64,000 nucleotides of DNA from Eledone cirrhosa (Eukaryota): assembly GCA_964016885.1 (NCBI GenBank), contig OZ024766.1, positions 8,494,001-8,558,000 of the forward strand. Reading direction: 5' to 3'. Positions 60,965 through 64,000 of this stretch are shown here, in pieces (the stretch's first letter is position 1; every line of letters begins with the position of its first letter). Below the pieces are notes generated by a model, which did not search any database, had not been told where the DNA came from, and was given only the letters and a program-made list of their open reading frames with translations. A program made the position numbers and the translations under genes.

Positions 60965-62590
60965 AGCAGGATGATCACAGTTGGAATGTCTTTGGTCATA
61001 TCATAGGTCTACTGGATCAAGACTGACCTGGGGCTAAACAACAACAATAAGACAGGACACATTAGATAATGTAGTCCTAGGTACACTGTGTCTGTATATA
61101 AGACAGGACACATTAGATAATGTAGTCCTAGATACACTTTGTCTGTATATAAGACAGGACACATTAGATAATGTTGTCCTAGATAGACTGTGTCTGTATA
61201 TAAGACAGGACATATTAGATAATGTAGTCCTAGATACACTGTGTCTATATATAAGACAGGACACATTAGATAATGTAGTCCTAGATAGACTGTGTCTGTA
61301 TATAAGACAGGACACATTAGATAATGTAGTCCTAGATACACTGTGTCTATATATAAGACAGGACACATTAGATAATGTAGTCCTAGATAGACTGTGTCTG
61401 TATATAAGACAGGACACATTAGATAATGTAGTCCTAGGTACACTGTGTCTGTATATAAGACAGGACACATTAGATAATGTAGTCCTAGATAGACTGTGTC
61501 TGTATATAAGACAGGACACATTAGATAATGTAGTCCTAGGTACACTGTGTCTGTATATAAGATAGGACACATTAGATATTGTAGTCCTAGGTACACTGTG
61601 TCTGTATATAAGACAGGACACATTAGATAATGTAGTCCTAGGTAGACTGTGTCTGTATATAAGACAGGACACATTAGATAATGTAGTCCTAGATAGACTG
61701 TGTCTGTATATAAGACAGGACACATTAGATAATGTAGTCCTAGGTACACTGTGTCTGTATATAAGACAGGACACATTAGATAATGTAGTCCTAGATAGAC
61801 TGTGTCTGTATATAAGACAGGACACATTAGATAATGTAGTCCTAGATACACTGTGTCTGTATATAAGACAGGACACATTAGATAATGTAGTCCTAGATAC
61901 ACTGTGTCTGTATATAAGACAGGACACATTAGATAATGTAGTCCTAGGTAGACTGTGTCTGTATATAAGACAGAACACATTAGATAATGTAGTCCTAGAT
62001 AGACTGTGTCTGTATAGAAGACAGGACACATTAGATAATGTACTCCTAGATAGACTGTGTCTGTATATAAGACAGGACACATTAGATAATGTAGTCCTAG
62101 GTACACTGTGTCTGTATATAAGACAGGACACATTAGATAATGTAGTCCTAGATAGACTGTGTCTGTATATAAGACAGGACACATTAGATAATGTAGTCCT
62201 AGATAGACTGTGTCTGTATATAAGACAGGACACATTAGATAATGTAGTCCTAGATAAACTGTGTCTGTATATAAGACAGGACACATTAGATAATGTAGTC
62301 CTAGGTACACTGTGTCTGTATATAAGACAGGACACATTAGATAATGTAGTCCTAGATACACTGTGTCTGTATATAAGACAGAACACATTAGATAATGTAG
62401 TCCTAGATAGACTGTGTCTGTATAGAAGACAGGACACATTAGATAATGTACTCCTAGGTAGACTGTGTCTGTGTATAAGACAGGTTGGTCACAGCTGGAA
62501 CATATTTGATCATATCACAGGTCTACAGGACTAGGAATGTCCTGGGGCTAAACAACAACAACAAGAACAGTAACAACAACAACAACAACA
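60965..62590 (+). repeat. 51-bp minisatellite bracketed by retroposon-like 3' ends
   Basis: About 28 units; ctggggctaaacaacaac tails at 61030 and 62545. Confidence 0.92.
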
Positions 62591-62597
62591 ACCTTAC

Positions 62598-62645
62598 TTT
62601 TCTCTTCGTCCTTTTTATTTTGCTTCCTATCAGTAGATCTGATCC
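62598..62645 (-). CDS. DNAI3: Probable DNAI3 N-terminal mini-exon (IRSTDRKQNKKDEEK)
   Basis: 48 nt, cag acceptor and gtaag donor, phase 1/1, open and compatible with the next exon; no homology support. Confidence 0.6.
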
Positions 62646-62879
62646 CTGAATTTATGAAAAAGACATTTTCTGATTACACCAAGCACCCAGTACACTCTGT
62701 AAAGTGCTAGTGTTGGTGTCATGATATAATACACCTGGTACACTCTGTAAAGTGCTAGTGTTGGTGTCATGATGTAATACACCCAGTACACTCTGTCAAG
62801 TGGTAGTGTTGGTGTCATGATAAAATACACCCAGTACACTCTGTAAAGTGGTAGTGCTGGTGTCATGATAAAATACAAT

Positions 62880-63628
62880 ATATAAGACAGGACACATTAG
62901 ATAATGTAGTCCTAGATACACTGTGTCTGTATATAAGACAGGACACATTAGATAATGTAGTCCTAGATACACTGTGTCTGTATATAAGACAGGACACATT
63001 AGATAATGTAGTCCTAGGTAGACTGTGTCTGTATATAAGACAGGACACATTAGATAATGTAGTCCTAGATACACTGTGTCTGTATATAAGACAGGACACA
63101 TTAGATAATGTAGTCCTAGATAGACTGTGTCTGTATATAAGACAGGACACATTAGATAATGTAGTCCTAGGTAGACTGTGTCTGTATATAAGACAGGACA
63201 CATTAGATAATGTAGTCCTAGGTACACTGTGTCTGTATATAGGACAGGACACATTAGACAATGTAGTCCTAGATACACTGTGTCTATATAAGACAGGACA
63301 CATTAGATAATGTAGTCCTAGGTAGACTGTGTCTGTATATAAGACAGGACACATTAGATAATGTACTCCTAGATACACTGTGTCTGTATATAAGACAGGA
63401 CACATTAGATAATGTAGTCTTAGGTACACTGTGTCTGTATATAAGACAGGACACATTAGATATTGTACTCCTAGATACACTGTGTCTGTATATAAGACAG
63501 GACACATTAGATAATGTAGTCCTAGGTACACTGTGTCTGTATATAAGACAGGATAGTTACAGCTGGAACATATTTGATCATATAACAGGTCTACAGGACC
63601 AACACTGACCTGGGGCTAAACAACAACA
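62880..63628 (+). repeat. 51-bp minisatellite plus 3' tail
   Basis: Same family as 1-290. Confidence 0.9.
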
Positions 63629-63650
63629 TATATATCTATAAAAGTCTTAC

Positions 63651-63695
63651 GTTTTTTGGCCTTCTTAGCGCGTTTCTTGTCGGCAGACTTGAGAC
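63651..63695 (-). CDS. DNAI3: Probable DNAI3 N-terminal mini-exon (LKSADKKRAKKAKK)
   Basis: 45 nt, strong ttttgcag acceptor, gtaag donor, phase 1/1; Lys-rich like the WDR63 N-terminus; start codon lies outside the window. Confidence 0.62.
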
Positions 63696-63729
63696 CTGCA
63701 AAAGAGAAAAAAAAAACAGATTTCAGTGT

Positions 63730-64000
63730 CACATGTAGCAATGCTGTAGTTGTAACATGTGGCATGCATTGTGCGCTGCGCCACATGTAGCAACGTTGTC
63801 GTACATGTGCCATGCATTGTGTTGTGTGTGCCACATGCAACAATGCTGTTGTAACATGTGGCGTGCATTGTGCGCTGTGCCACATGTAACAACGTTGTCG
63901 TACATGTGCCGTGCATTGTGTTGTGTGTGCCACATGCAACAATGCTGTTGTAACATGTGGCGTGCATTGTGCGCTGCGCCACATGTAGCAACGTTGTCGT
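63730..64000. repeat. About 99-bp tandem repeat with internal palindromes (cacatgt..acatgtg)
   Basis: Period 63782 to 63881; continues off the window. Confidence 0.8.

Overview
Eukaryotic, repeat-saturated animal genomic DNA, inferred to be a cephalopod (octopod-like), from my recollection of its SINE and RTE repeat families. Three genes can be reconstructed exon by exon with GT-AG junctions and consistent phases. (1) The 5' end of TRIM37 (minus strand, 3 coding exons). (2) The 37-aa microprotein OST4 (plus strand), head-to-head with TRIM37. (3) A nearly complete DNAI3/WDR63 axonemal dynein intermediate chain gene (minus strand, about 19 intact exons from 63695 to 19649), with a segment lost in or near the N-gap. 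Almost all long ORFs in the supplied track are translations of tandem repeats. Introns are filled with minisatellites, many traceable to short pieces of SINEs, RTE/CR1 LINEs or piggyBac-like MITE ends. Notable observations: seven near-complete type-I minimal hammerhead ribozyme motifs in 3-4 repeat families, four of them sense to the DNAI3 pre-mRNA; a tRNA-SINE whose 49-bp structured unit comes from an RTE LINE 3'UTR and varies from 1 to about 23 copies; and a TTAA-flanked foldback element in the OST4 3'UTR intron.
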